A stretch of DNA of 63,254 bases, filler included, from Collodictyon triciliatum (GCA_043381765.1; 4 parts of 4 records of this genome joined end to end with filler, not necessarily neighbours in it); one strand, 5' to 3'. Positions 16,492 through 33,650 are shown, counted from the first letter of the whole stretch. Notes: generated by a model not told the origin, from the sequence alone. Numbers and translations: made by a program.

Positions 16492-17762
16492 ATGAGTGGG
16501 GCGAGTTTGCCGCAGGACTCACTCGCAGACATGTTGGATCAGCTGCACCGGTTTTCGTCACCACCGCCGCCCGTGGAAGGAAGCAACCGCGGGAAAGCGC
16601 TCCGCATCAAGGTTGTGACAGCAGGAAACACTGGGGCCGGGAAAAGCTGCCTGATCAAGCGGTATTGCGAAGAGAAGGTTGCTTGTGTTTCTTTCCGCTT
16701 ATACTTTCAGCAAACTCAAAGTATGTAAGGAAACAGAGAGAGATAACGGGGGAGTGATGAGGCAGAATTATTGTCCTCTTTTTTTTTCTCTCTCTCTCTC
16801 GTTGGGTTGCAGTCCTTTGCTTCTGATTAAGCATTTCCCACTTCTCTTTTCCTTTCTTTTTGCATGTGCTTTTGGGGAAACGTATGCAGTTTGTGTCAAA
16901 GTACATATCCACGATCGGCGTTGACTACGGAGTGAAGCGCGTCACGGTCGACGGGACGGTTGCCAAGGTCAACTTTTGGGATCTTTCTGGACACAGCGAC
17001 TTTGCGGAGGTGCGGAACGAGTTCTACGTCGACACACAAGGCGTGAGTTCAGCATCCCCTTTTTCTTTTCAATATGCCGCAGCCCATGGCACTCACGACT
17101 AGTCCACGTAATCTTTGAGATTAAAGAATGGCATATATATACAATATAAAAATGTGAGGAAAGGAGGATAATGTCGGTATATCTACTTTGTTTTACAGCT
17201 GATTCTGGTCTTCGATGTGACGTCAAGAAAAAGCTTCGATGACTTGCAGATATGGCTGAACGAGGCGATGCGCAGTGGTGTTCAGAATCCCATAGCCATT
17301 CTTTGTGCGAATAAGGTTCATCTCCGCATGTCGTTACTCTCTTTCCTCCCTTTTGGCCATTGATTGCTCGTAAATGGTTAGTGTGACCTTCGCGACACAA
17401 AAAAGAACTGCATCGGCGAAAAAGAAGGGCGAAGTTGGGCCATGGAACACGGAATGCCGTTTGTGATTTTATTCCATAATCACATCCAAAAAAAAAAAAA
17501 AAAAGATAAATATCAAATCTCGTAATTTGAATGTGAGTATATTGATAACGTTCTCTCTCTAAAGCTGTTTTTTTTTCATGAACGTCCAGCTAAATGTTTT
17601 TTTTTTATTTATTCCTATTATATTTCCTTTCATCTATTCCTTTACATGATTACCTAACACTCTTGTAGGTACTTTGAGACATCTTCGCTGACTGGTGCAC
17701 AAGTGAAAGAGATGTTCAATTATGTTTTTAGCAAAATAGTCGAGCGAGTGCGACCTCGATGA
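16492..17762 (+). CDS. RJL: RJL-family (DNAJC27/RBJ-like, no J domain) small GTPase
   Basis: RIKVVTAGNTGAGKSCLIKRYCEEK|FVSKYISTIGVDYGVK...KVNFWDLSGHSDFAEVRNEFYVDTQG|LILVFDVTSRKSF...LCANK|CDL...|YFETSSLTG. KSCLIKRYCE, DLSGH (catalytic Gln replaced by His) and VRNEFY are RJL signatures. No prenylation motif. Confidence 0.9.
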
Positions 17763-18273
17763 AACTTTTGCTATTCATATAGTGTATGAATCACATATAA
17801 TTCTTTCATAAATCCATATATTTTTTACAATACCATTCATCTAAAATTACTGAATGGACTTTATTGTTTCAAACCACTGCAATAGCACCTCTGATTTCGG
17901 TGATTGATAACAATATATGGAAATCCACATTCCGAGTTCTGCCAAAGGCAAAGACGCACTTGTCTTTCTCTGGTGTACAAAGCATTATTATTAAGCTCAG
18001 CATTTCATAAACAAACTATGTCTGATTATTTGGTTTGTTCCGGGGAAATATAGTCACGAGGCAGAAAAAAAAAAAAGACAAGTAGCTGACGAGCGAGGAT
18101 GGCAGCCCTCTGGCATGTTCAGAAACCTTCAAGCTTCCTTCCTCAAAACTATCTCTGAAGTGGTTGTGCTTGTGTTTATGACTAGATATGTGTCAGAAGA
18201 AGAAAGAATGATAAGGAAGCACGAGTAAATGCTAGAGTTCTTGTCGGCAGCACTCTGGATTAGAGTTGGCAAA

Positions 18274-21200
18274 CTAAATGAGCGTCAACTCTTCGTCTTC
18301 CTTGGGTGCGACAAGATGCACCAACTCGTCCAACATGCGTTGTTGGGATTGATAAGTGTCCGAGTTGTTTTCCAGGGCCGAAAGAAGCATTAGATATTGA
18401 CCCATAATTTGCTTTTGTCTGTATTGTTGCGCAGATTAATTGAAGATGAATAAAACAATCGCTTTACATATAACCAAGCAAAGTGTAAACGTGAGAAAGG
18501 CGATAGAAAAAAAACGGAGATACACATCTCTTAAGAAATTGAAGATTTCATAATTTAAGGCAGAAAGCTGACCAATGATAATAAAGTGGGGAGAGAATAA
18601 CCTGTGGGGAATATGGTCGTCTGGATAGTAATCATCAACCGACTTTGGCCCCGTGAACTCGTCGCGAATCATTTTTTTCAATTTAGACGAGCGGTCGCCT
18701 TCCTTCCTTTGTTCTTCTTGCTACGAGTGACCATGACAAACAAGTCAGTGGCACAAACATTTGATAAGAATATAATCGAGTGTCTGTGCTGCAGATATTG
18801 ATACGGATGTATCGAGGTTTTTCTGCAATCACGAGAATGGAAAGGCTAGGTAAATATTTAAAGTAAGGAAAGCTCTAAAAGGCATCCACCTCTTCTTTAG
18901 CCTTAATCTTTTTCATTTTCTTTTTCATGTGCATCTGATTCGCTTGCAGGTTGTTGACGATGACGGCAACAAAGAAATTGGTCAGCACAAATGTTTCAAT
19001 CACAATGAAGACAATCAGGAAGATAATCTGCAAACGATACCCAACAAAATATTGGTAAAGTGCCAAATTTTCTGGTTAGTACATAAAAGAATAGGCATGT
19101 GCGGTATTAGCATTCTGTGTTTTGGAGATGCAATAATCATGCATAGAAGAAGGGGGAAATGAAGGCATACGATTGTCTTATCTTTCCCTTCGATTGAATT
19201 GTACAGCTATTTGAGTAAAGAAACGAGAAAATGTGAGATACAGCATCCAAGTGGGCACAACTATCCGCAAGTATCAATAAAAATCGGGCAATCATGAGGC
19301 AACCAACAGAGAATGAATATATGAAGCTCGGGATTAAGTCAAATTCGTTCATACTTTAAACCAGTCGTCGAGCGAAAGGACTGTGAACAGCATGAAAATG
19401 GATATCCACATTTGCCCGAATCTTTCCGGGTCGATATCGCCATAAAGCTCTCTTCCGATGGTTGCAAAGATGACTGGGTTATACAGTGATCAAGGAAAAC
19501 TCTCATAGGTTTCTTTCCTTCCATTCGCTTCAGATGTGCTCCACGAATAGAGTAGAATGGAGTTGGAGAATATATCACATATCTCGCTTCGTGTGGAATA
19601 TCAAACTGGCTTTCTTTAAAATAGAAAAACTCAAATTGAATGCAATAAATTGAAAAAAATTGTCAAAATAGGGGCTTTGGATACACATAATCAAGCTCAG
19701 CAACATGACGATGCTTCCAAGAGCAGGGATCGACTTGAGAATTGTACTGACGATAGTTTGCAAACTTTGCAGAAAGCTTACAGTTCTCAGAGTACGAAGG
19801 GCTCTAAGCGCGCGAATAGCACGGAAGACTCTGAGGAGACGAAAGATTTTGGGATTCATACTACCAGTAGATNNNNNNNNNNNNNNNNNNNNNNNNNNNN
19901 NNNNNNNNNNNNNNNNNNNNNNNNNNNNNNNNNNNNNNNNNNNNNNNNNNNNNNNNNNNNNNNNNNNNNNNNNNNNNNNNNNNNNNNNNNNNNNNNNNNN
20001 NNNNNNNNNNNNNNNNNNNNNNNNNNNNNNNNNNNNNNNNNNNNNNNNNNNNNNNNNNNNNNNNNNNNNNNNNNNNNNNNNNNNNNNNNNNNNNNNNNNN
20101 NNNNNNNNNNNNNNNNNNNNNNNNNNNNNNNNNNNNNNNNNNNNNNNNNNNNNNNNNNNNNNNNNNNNNNNNNNNNNNNNNNNNNNNNNNNNNNNNNNNN
20201 NNNNNNNNNNNNNNNNNNNNNNNNNNNNNNNNNNNNNNNNNNNNNNNNNNNNNNNNNNNNNNNNNNNNNNNNNNNNNNNNNNNNNNNNNNNNNNNNNNNN
20301 NNNNNNNNNNNNNNNNNNNNNNNNNNNNNNNNNNNNNNNNNNNNNNNNNNNNNNGTATAGTAATTTGAGGATATCTCTGTTTTCTTTTCCACTTGTAGAA
20401 GAGTCTCACGAGTGTAACAGCAATAAATTGGTGGGATATAATCGTTGGTATGTCAAACCTGATCTCATGGAGGAGGACTTGTCAGTCTGGATGGCGATTA
20501 ACAGAGTGTTCATCAAAATGATTAACAGAATAAAGTTTGTAAACTTTGCAGATTCAACTATCTTGAAATGGGTTTGTGAATTGAAATAGGGATTAAATTA
20601 TAAATTAGATAAAATGGTTGCTGATTTGAAAGTGGCAAACTAAAATATAAGAAAGAATGATTCTGTGGGCACAATTTTATGAATATTATGAACCTCCATT
20701 ATGTAGAGTCTCAAAGGAGACCATTGAGAGAGGGTTCGTTTTTTTCTCATCGCCGCGAGTGTATTGCTTTTGTTATGGCGAATATTAAAAAAAAAAAAAA
20801 AAAGAGAGAGAGAGAGAGAGAGAACCGATATTTTGGTGAATTGCTATTCCATGATATCGATTTCTAAATTTTGAGGCAAAAGATCTAGAGGCTTGGAGTT
20901 TAAATAGTACGCACTACTAGCTATTTTTCTCTTTCTTTTTTGGCTTCGTATCGGTGCATATTAATTTAATTCAAATGATTTTCAAATGATTATAATAAAG
21001 CTATGAAGAGTGACAGGACTAGCACAAACTTTGCAGCGTGGGCACGCAAGGCCATCGGGATAGTCTCGGAAGTGTTTGTGCCTGAAATGCTCGCACTAGT
21101 CTTTGACGCGCTTTCAGAATCTGTCATTGAGCGGGTTTCGCTCTCTGTCTCCGAAATTATGGAGTTGGATTCCTCTGCAGAGCTGAGAATACATAAATTG

Positions 21201-21412
21201 TTGTGTAGATATGTTCGATTAGAGTTGAGAGGCTTTAAAAAAATGGGAATGAATTGACAGGTTAAATGATTATGAACATTTCCATCGGCGAAACGCATGA
21301 AAATAGGACGAAGTGGACATAGAAATGTGGCTCTGAAAAGAAGTAAAAAAAAAAAAATAAAAAGGCGATATACTTCACTAAATGGGGGGATATGGACTCA
21401 CTTAGATTCCAT
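18274..21412 (-). CDS. CatSper1-like 6-TM cation channel alpha subunit (S2-S3 fall in the sequence gap)
   Basis: S1 FTNFILLIILMNTLLIAIQT. S4 RLLRVFRAIRALRALRTLRTVSFL. S5/pore IFATIGRELYGDIDPERFGQMWISIFMLFTVLSLDDWFK. S6 IIFLIVFIVIETFVLTNFFVAVIVNNLQ. C-terminal helix RQKQIMGQYLMLLSALENNSDTYQSQQRMLDELV. The start (MES|N, 21412) is inferred from splice phase. Confidence 0.85.
19873..20354. other. Scaffold gap (Ns) inside the channel gene
   Basis: N run without the linker cassette; channel exons lie on both sides in the expected order. Confidence 0.95.
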
Positions 21413-22318
21413 GGCAGGATATTTCTCAGATTGAGCGAAGGGTTAGTTTCGTATATTCGTGGATACGCTGTGGATAGTCCCCTACGAGTGAAAAGGTCAT
21501 TTTTAGTGACTGCAGACCTTCTTTTTTTTTTTTTCTAACTATAATTGTTTTCTGCTTCGATCATCAACTAGCTTCGCGTAAAAAATCTGTGTGGGGATTT
21601 ATTGCTCGAGCAACCAAAAGATGTAATGGTATGGAGAGGCGAAGAACGCAGGGGTCTATATCCATCGCCAAGGCGAATCAAGCAAGACCAAGGGCATATC
21701 CCGGAGACAGAGAAAACTGCCACTGTTTGGCTTTGCCATCCACAAGGAGCGAAACAACTCAGCCTCAGACGCTATGCGACTTGCATTTGTTGGAGTTGGC
21801 GTGTTTGCACTCAGCATGTTGCACAAAGTAAATCTGCCGAAACATTCCCGGGTGCCCAGCGATTGCAGCAGCAGACGATCTGCGAGACACTTTGTCGTGC
21901 TTGCGTACCTGCGGGAATAGAAAACCAGCTCCTGGGTTGAAACACAGACATACCGTCAAGTCTACCGCACGGACGAGACTGCTACAAAGTCTTTGCGATT
22001 CTCACAAACAAACACACCAGTAAAGTCTCGTTGCCGGTGACAGCGATGCCGTCAAACATGCGTTCAGAAGATATCCTTCTTCGCCTGGGTTATGCGCGGG
22101 GCTTGCTCTGTGCATAAACTGGTGCTATTCATCGAATGCATACCGATTATGTCCTTAACCAAAACAATCGCACACCGTTTGTTGCATAAGTGGAAATTAT
22201 ATGTTTATACATCTCGAATCGTCTGCTTGAGCCGATTTTTGCTTTTCCGATTGACGTAATACATGCATGTATATTAAGAAGTGTAGAGGATTAAGTTGAC
22301 TGAGTAGCCTCGCAGCCA

Positions 22319-26136
<3,818 letters not shown>

Positions 26137-26357
26137 AAAGATCGACTCACCACGACCTTAATCTGACATTTCACGAACTTTTTTTTTCATTGATCTTTCC
26201 TCTCTTTTATTAAACTATCGAAGCCAAGCAAGAATTATAAACCATAGAGAAACCAAACAATTATTTTCTGTCCAGCCAGGGCGAACTTGGATGTTTCAAT
26301 AAATAAATAAATGATAGGAAAGTTGTTTTTTTTCTTTTCTTTTCAATTTTTGACATT

Positions 26358-29300
26358 TTAATGATTTGTTTCCCTCTTTCTCTGAATTGCTTCTTCGTTT
26401 TCATCAGATGAGGAATCGGATGAATCGAAATCTAGTGACAAGTCATGCTCTGTGTCTGGCTCCTTCCTGATATTATATTTTGATTTCCGTTGCCGCGGCT
26501 CGGCCCCCATGGTCACCAACAAATCATGGACTGTCTTCGTCAGTTTTTCGCGGTGTCCTCCGGTTTCGACGTAGTCCTTCAAAGAGAACGAGACGTGATG
26601 CCCAGCATTTGCCATTTCATCCAACATTGCTTTGCCTGATTCAATGTCACCACATCGGGCGTACTTTCGAGCAACCATCCGGTACATCGAATGTGGCATA
26701 TGGAAGTTCTTTTCTTTCATTTCTCGCATGAGTTGTTGCATCTATGCAAATATGTGTTGTTGGTTGTGTGGTGAATAATAATAGAGCATAGCGCCACATA
26801 ATAGAAGATAACCATAATAAAAGGATGATAGAAATCATGAAAATGATAGTAACAGCAAGTACCCGAGTTATTTGATTTTGGGTGACAGCCATGGCAAGAA
26901 GAATGTTGTATGTTTCTTCGTCAGGTTTAATCTGTTTGAATGTGACGTAAATTAGTTGATAATTAAACATCTCGAGAACAGCATTCTGTACTAAATGCAG
27001 ACATACAACCAAGTAATGCCAAAGTATTTTCCTTTATTTTTTTCTTCGGACAAGGGTGCAGACTACTTTGTATCAATACCTCTGCAGATTCCATATCCTC
27101 CACAAATCGCAATGCAGCAAGATACCGATTTTTGATCAGGCAGCCATACAGAATTGCATTGAATGATTCGACACTCGGGGACGCATTGAACTTTCTAATC
27201 TCAGCAAGGGTTGCAAAAGCCCTGTCCAACTCACCGATCTGGAAGGAGAAACATTTTTTTAATGAGCTAGGATAGAGCAATTACAATCGGTTTAGTGTCA
27301 CCGGACGAATGTGATTTTTTCAATTAAATCTGAGGGTATCGAATACAATAATCCGCTAACTTGTGAGCATCCAAATATAATTGCGTTGATGCCCTCCACA
27401 GGTATTGATACACCCTGATTATGCAGGTCTTCCACTGTGTAGAACGCACTGTCAAGTGTTATTACATCTGTGGCGAGTGTCAGTCCCAGAGTCTTTTGCA
27501 TGCTATATGGCACAGGAATATTTCTGTTCTTGCATTCTGAAAGGAACTGAAAGCCTTCAGGGATTTTTCTAGCAGAAAACAGGGTTTGGAGCATCGAATG
27601 ATGAGCAGCGTTTGATGGTGAAATTTTCATCTGGCCATAATAATCCCACACCTACATACGCGTTTGTTAAAGATGGGCGGTTGCATTATTGAAGCATAAC
27701 ATAATCGTAATCTTGTACAATTAACAACTCGGCATGTATCACAGATTCACGAGAGTTTCTTCTGAAAGTGGGTAATCGAAATGATTAATATACTTGCAAG
27801 GCAAGTTCGCTGTCTCTGCATCGTGCTGTTGCGTATAGAATCATATTCAGTGTGTTCTCCTCTAAAGGTAAATGAATTCGCTTCGCTTTTTGAAAGAGTA
27901 ATGATGTCTACAATTGATAATTGGGAATTAGTGCGAGAGTATGAAAACATTATTTCCGACCACTTAGGAAGTTTGTCTAGTTCATCATCCATACATAATA
28001 AAATATGCCCTTTTTCTTCCCTTTTTTTTTTTTTTTGGTCGTATAAATGTAATATTTTGTATCATTCATCACTAGTTTGATAGTAATAGGGTGCATGGTG
28101 ATGTCATTAGATAGCAATTGAATATTACCGCCTCAAAATGACCGTACTGCGACGCTACTTGCAAGAACTTTTCCAGTGCTTGATTGCTCAGGATAAATGA
28201 GTCTAATAATTCAACAAAATCGATTGGGTGAAGAATTACCAATCCATCATTATTGCAGAAAATCGTCTAAAAAATCAAGGCTTCGCATGCATATATAGAA
28301 ATGTGACCAACTTGCTTCATTATCAAATTTTTGTAAGATTGTGAATGCGAGATTGATGTGTCCGTCTCTGAGGCATCTCAAAATAACATTCGAATTTGAT
28401 TCAGAGTCTAGGACCATCCCAGAGGCTTGAGAGTAGTTAAAATACCTTAATTTGCCATTTATTTATAAACATGAGAGACTTGGTAAAGCCTACGAGATAT
28501 AGAAAACTCTTCGCGCCCCAATCAAATACAAATACACCCATAAAAAAATGAGAATACATGACACCTTAAAATCCTATTTAATGCGTCAGCCTGCTCTGAT
28601 TTTGCAAGTATTCCAATCGCCCGTTCTATCTTTTGTGAATCGGGAGCCATTTTGGTCTCCAACATCATATCCAAGACAGAGAGCGCGCTGTCTTCGTCTG
28701 AAATCCGCAAGAAACTCTGATATGAGTTTAAAATTAATCCAATGATTCACGAGTATTATATTAATATCTACGAATAACATTGTTCCTTTTTAAAATAAAA
28801 ATACAATCAGAAGCTGAACCAAAATATTATTTTGACGACACCTTCCAAATGAGCGGCAAATATCTTTCGGGAGGAGATAGCCCAATTGATTTCATCTCTC
28901 GAATCAGAGAAAATGCGTGGTCCGGTTTATGAAGATTAAGATATGCAGTTACAAGGGACAAATACGCCAACTCAGTTGGTTTTACACTGGCCTCAGTCAT
29001 ATCTTCATACAACTATATCCATTAAAAAAAAAAACACATATCATAAATAAATATATCAACTCTAAAAAATTTTGTGGTGAAATGCCTGTCTATTATTTCC
29101 AAAGATGAGGAAAATGGCGTATAGTTTCCTTCTTTTCTGTATGTATAATTATACTTCTGCGATATCAATAATAAAAACCTTGATGGCCTTTGCAAGTTGC
29201 TCCCTATGAACAAGTCGAATAATATTTGGAGAGTGATTTTGTCTTATCGGCAAAGAATTTGTTGAATCCAACTCGACATTATCTGTACTTTCTGATGCAA

Positions 29301-29805
29301 TTAGGTCGGTTATTGAATTTTTTTTATCGATTTTCTCGTAAAAAAAAAAAAGAAGGATATTGCCGCTAATAAAAGCGATGTTTCTCAGATATTATCTTTT
29401 GTATCAGAGCATATGAAATTATATGAAATTATAATGGATAGTCTCAGTTGCACAGATAATCCGTCAAGAAAAAGAAATGGGAAAGTGCTTTCTTTTTTTT
29501 TTTTTAGCTTCCGCTGGGTCTTTGACGAGGCTCAGAAACAAATATGCGAACCCCCAATCGAGTCAAATCAATAGCGCACTTTTCATACGAAGGGGATTGC
29601 AAGGATAAGACGAGAACTTTTGTTTTAGTTCTTCCTTATTACCTTGTGTGAATGAACGTAATGGCACACGAAGGCCGATCGGTCCTTCAGAGGCGGAGTT
29701 AGGTTGAAACCCAAGAGTCCGGTTGTGGCTGGAAAGCAGTGTCTGCCTTTGGAGCGGGAAGTGAGCCAAACTACGCGAGACTCTACGAAGGAAGACAAAA
29801 GCCAT
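26358..29805 (-). CDS. Mitochondrion-targeted pentatricopeptide repeat (PPR) protein
   Basis: Arg/Ser/Leu-rich, acid-poor presequence MAFVFLRRVSRSLAHFPLQRQ...RSF. PPR motifs: LYEDMTEASVKPTELAYLSLVTAY, AFSLIREMKSIGLSP, AFATLAEIRKFNASPSVESFNAILYGC, IKPDEETYNILL, YARCGDIESGKAMLDEM. Confidence 0.88.
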
Positions 29806-32026
29806 TCCAAAGTCTTGAGAAACAAGATGCAGTCGTTCGATTAATAACATGTCTATGATGGTTCGTGAGCTCGATCGCATGCTTGCAAGAATAAAGCAAA
29901 ACAAAACAAAATAAAATAAAACAAAACAAAACAAAACAAATATAATATCAAATAAAATAAAAATAAATAAAATAAAACAAAACAAAACAAAACATATTTA
30001 ATTGCAATCAAAAGCAGTTAAAATAGGAATGAAATTCCAGTTCCTGCAATAGACGCACACTAGAGTAAACCTCACCCAGGGTCACCTTTTTTTTTTTTTT
30101 TGGGTTGTGCGTACTCCGAGCCATGTGTTGTACTATCAGTATACTTTTCCCTTTGTTTTTCTTTACTTGATTATATGTGTTGCGGTCATTCTATGTGGTT
30201 TTCTTCTCCGCACCGCCGAAATAATGTGCGACAAAATCAATGCGTCGACAACGTTGTGTGCGCCAACCTCAAATCCCATGCCAAGGCCACAAGAGCTTGT
30301 GCATACCCGGCGTCGGCGATGCGACTAGATAGAGGCAAGCAATCGTTGCGGATGTTTGGCTAGAAACCTCTTCTCACGTGCGATGTTATCGAGTTCAGAG
30401 TGAGGATAGGATGAAGCAATATCACTGGGAGCAACACAAAAGGAGACATTCTGAGGCTATGGTCCAAGGCAAAGACGTCGCATAGGATATCCATTTCATG
30501 GTACTTTTATGGCTAAAACTTCGACAAGTTACGGCATTTGTTCTTCATATTGATGAGTCAAAACATGCTCAACCTAATCCACAGATGCAAACCCAGTTCA
30601 TCAGCGTAATACAATCGGAAGAGGTGCTGTTACCGGGTTTCATTTTGATTGCGCGTAGTCTTAAAAAAATACTTCGAGGAGTTCGGGTGCTTGATGGAAT
30701 AACTAGATTCATTAAGAATTAGTCGGAAAGTAGGAAATTGCTTTATTTCGTGTATTCCTGGATAAAAAGAATTTTAATTATGTTGAAAATCAAGGAAGAT
30801 ATGGGCTTCGTCAAGTAATAGCTTATGGTTGTTATCTGGCGGTGCAAACTTTGGAATGAATCACCCTAGTATATTTATCTGCATTGGAAAAAAACTTCTG
30901 TTTATATTCAATCACTCTCTAATGCCACGAAAACTTTTCTATGTATTGTTTGCCATCTAAAAAAACTACCCAGAACAGCATTTTTGATCCAACAACCATT
31001 CTATTTTTATCACAAAAATGATGATACATTCTTTCATAGAATGAGTCAAGAAAACATCATTCGGTCGTATGACTTTTTAATCTTTGTATAAACGGCAGGA
31101 AATATTTCTTGGTATTTTTTTTTTAGAAAAACCTCGGACTCAACGACACATTAAAAAAAAATGCTATGTGCGCGGAATTTTTTCACAACATAAATAATTT
31201 GACTTGAAAACTAACGATAAAATTTAAAAACGAAATATACGCAATCCAGTGAAGTAGATGCTGGAATTGGGTGTTATAAAATGAAAATATCCATCGCTTG
31301 GTACAAGATTTCAGAAAAAATACGTGGAAGCAAGCATAACGTTTAATGAAAGAAAAATTATGACTACAAAAACACAGGTTACTTCTTTTATTATGAAATA
31401 TAAAAGGGCAAGTACGTTTTTTTTCTTGTTTTGATTTTTTCAAAAAGATATTCATGGAAAAGTTTTCAGCATGTCTATTTATGTGTCCGTTTTATTTTTT
31501 CCACCTTAAATGTAAAAATATGATGAAATCAGTACAAAAATTAACAATCAATCTGTTTACAAATCACTTCGTTCAAGAACGTCTTTTTGCTAAAATATAA
31601 TAATTTTTATATCTTAAAATTAGTTAAATCCTATCAACAGAGTTATATTTTAAAAAAATCATAGCAGTTGAATGAGTAGGTTGCAGTTCATTAGAAAAAA
31701 AAACACTATTGCATGCGAACTCACCTTGAAACTCTATCTCCTTGCAAAACGGACGACCGCCCAAAGGCTACTGCCAAAGCAAAGTTCCGCATAAGTTCCA
31801 CATAAGTTCAAGTTCATTGAAGACGCAACACCCAAAACGTTTCCACCAAAAAAAAAACGCAGTGGAACCATTGAAACACAAACGAAACCAAACGAAGACG
31901 CTGATCATCGTACCAAAGAGAGAGAAAAGAGGGAAAAGAGAGAGGAGAGGCGGATACTTATCGGCCTGTCCAGCATGTGCTTCCGCCAAACCCTCACTCC
32001 ATATTCCCGTTTGATACCGTGAAAAT

Positions 32027-32123
32027 CTTTTCTTTTCTTTTCTTTTCTTTTCTTTTCTTTTCTTTTCTTTTCTTTTCTTTTCTTTTCTTTTCTTTTCTTT
32101 TCTTTTCTTTTCTTTTCTTTTCT
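32027..32123. repeat. (TTTTC)n microsatellite at contig end
   Basis: Directly visible. Confidence 0.95.
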
Positions 32124-32223
32124 NNNNNNNNNNNNNNNNNNNNNNNNNNNNNNNNNNNNNNNNNNNNTTAATTAATTAANNNNNNNNNNNNNNNNNNNNN
32201 NNNNNNNNNNNNNNNNNNNNNNN
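32124..32223. other. Artificial contig linker
   Basis: N44-TTAATTAATTAA-N44. Confidence 0.97.
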
Positions 32224-33650
32224 TTTCTTTTTTGGGGGTCGTTAATCCCCCTAACGTTCCACGACAGAACGTTAAAACGCATTAATAATCTATTGGCTTT
32301 TGGAGGCCGTAGCCTCCGGTGGTTGGCCTCTCCGCTGGAGCTGGGTTGCTCAGAGTGGGATGGTTTACTCGAGTTATTCTTCATTTGGCCGATGCCATAA
32401 TTGCTCACGTTTCGGCCAGGATTTGTCGGATGGTCTTGGGATTTTGGCTACACCCCCTTTGTAGCTGGCGTGTTGGGAGATGCACTCTGTAGGTCATCGG
32501 TGCCCCTCGATTCCAATTTTTTCTCCCTCATCCACGCGGTAGGAAGGGCCACCCATGTTTCCACTTTCATTCTGGTTTGCTTTCTAGCTGTATTCGGTGT
32601 TGTGCTTGACTGATTTACTCTCTTTTCATCGATTGAGGCTTTATCTTTGACGGTTTCGGTCTTTTTTGGTGCGCCAGTGGTTGCAGGATGAATAATCGGT
32701 GTTTTATATTCGTCTACGTTTCTTTTTCTTGGATAGGAGAGTCGTTTCTCGCTGGGAGTCGCAAGAGTTTCGACAGTAGGTCTGCTCCCATAAACAGTAC
32801 TTGAGGAGTAAATTGTCGATTCCCGAAGCTTCAAGGTGCTCGCTTTCTTCCTCAGCAGAACCTTCTATGATGACGACAGGTTGGATGGACTGTTGTTCTT
32901 CTAATCCCGAGTCTGGGACGTCGCTTCTTATGGATTGCGCAGTACTTGCTGAAGACAGAGTCTCTTGGGTGGTTCCAGGAGCCATGCCAACTAAGATTGC
33001 TAGTGGATGTGGTTTGCTGGGTGCCTTATGCTTGTTTCTCGATGCTGTTACCGAGTTGGCTTGGGTTTCCCTTTCCTCGGCATCCTCTTCATGATTTAAA
33101 GGTGAGTTTGGTGAGATATCATCGGCTTGAGGATGTTGGTAATCTTGGAGGTTATCGATCTTTCCTCCACTTCCTCGAAGCCATTCCACGATTGATATTG
33201 CTTCCTCTGTGTTCAATGGTGAACTTGAAGCACTTTCGGGAAAATCGCCTGGTGTTTCGTCCATCATTTCGATATCCATTTCTTGATTTTGGGGCCGCTC
33301 CTGGAACCTTTGTCTTGATTGAGACTTCGAGCACTTCATCCACGGGTGTCTTGTCACGATTTCTCCCTCTGGCATTAAAGGACGACGCGTGTTGCCTTTG
33401 GCCTTGTTTGTGTGCTCTGGGCTTGTTTTGCACAGACGATTCCTGCACGGTTGGCCAGTCTTTAGCGCTTAAGTCGGCTACAATTGCGTTGGAGCCCAAG
33501 AAGCGAGTGGTGGCGTTTTGTTTGTTGGTGGCCGCTTGATTGGTGGAAATCGGCTTGAAAGTAGTTGTTTTTTGTGGTTTGACCTTTTTTGTCATACCCT
33601 TCTTTGTTGGGGAGAGTTGATGGGATGACAGACTCTTTGAGGGCGCGTAT
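32224..33650 (-). mobile_element. Degenerate non-LTR retrotransposon (L1/Tx1-like LINE): frameshifted ORF1-like region plus start of the ORF2 AP-endonuclease
   Basis: MRFNVLSWNVRGINDPQKR (32283 to contig edge) is the N-terminal motif of LINE APE domains. Upstream lies an intron-less, more GC-rich, S/T/P/K-rich coding region split over three frames, with an in-frame TAG at 32448. Confidence 0.8.

Noticed and set aside
16257-16757. 166-aa ORF overlapping the RJL start as a possible N-terminal domain
   Set aside because: It is in a different frame from the GTPase, the GTPase frame has a stop just upstream of ATG 16492, and no motif was recognised.
19650-20589. Long ORFs containing X runs
   Set aside because: Artefacts of reading through the N gap.
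21820-22115. RNase MRP-like GCGGGGCTTGCTCT at ~22097
   Set aside because: No properly spaced GAAAGTCCCC partner upstream.
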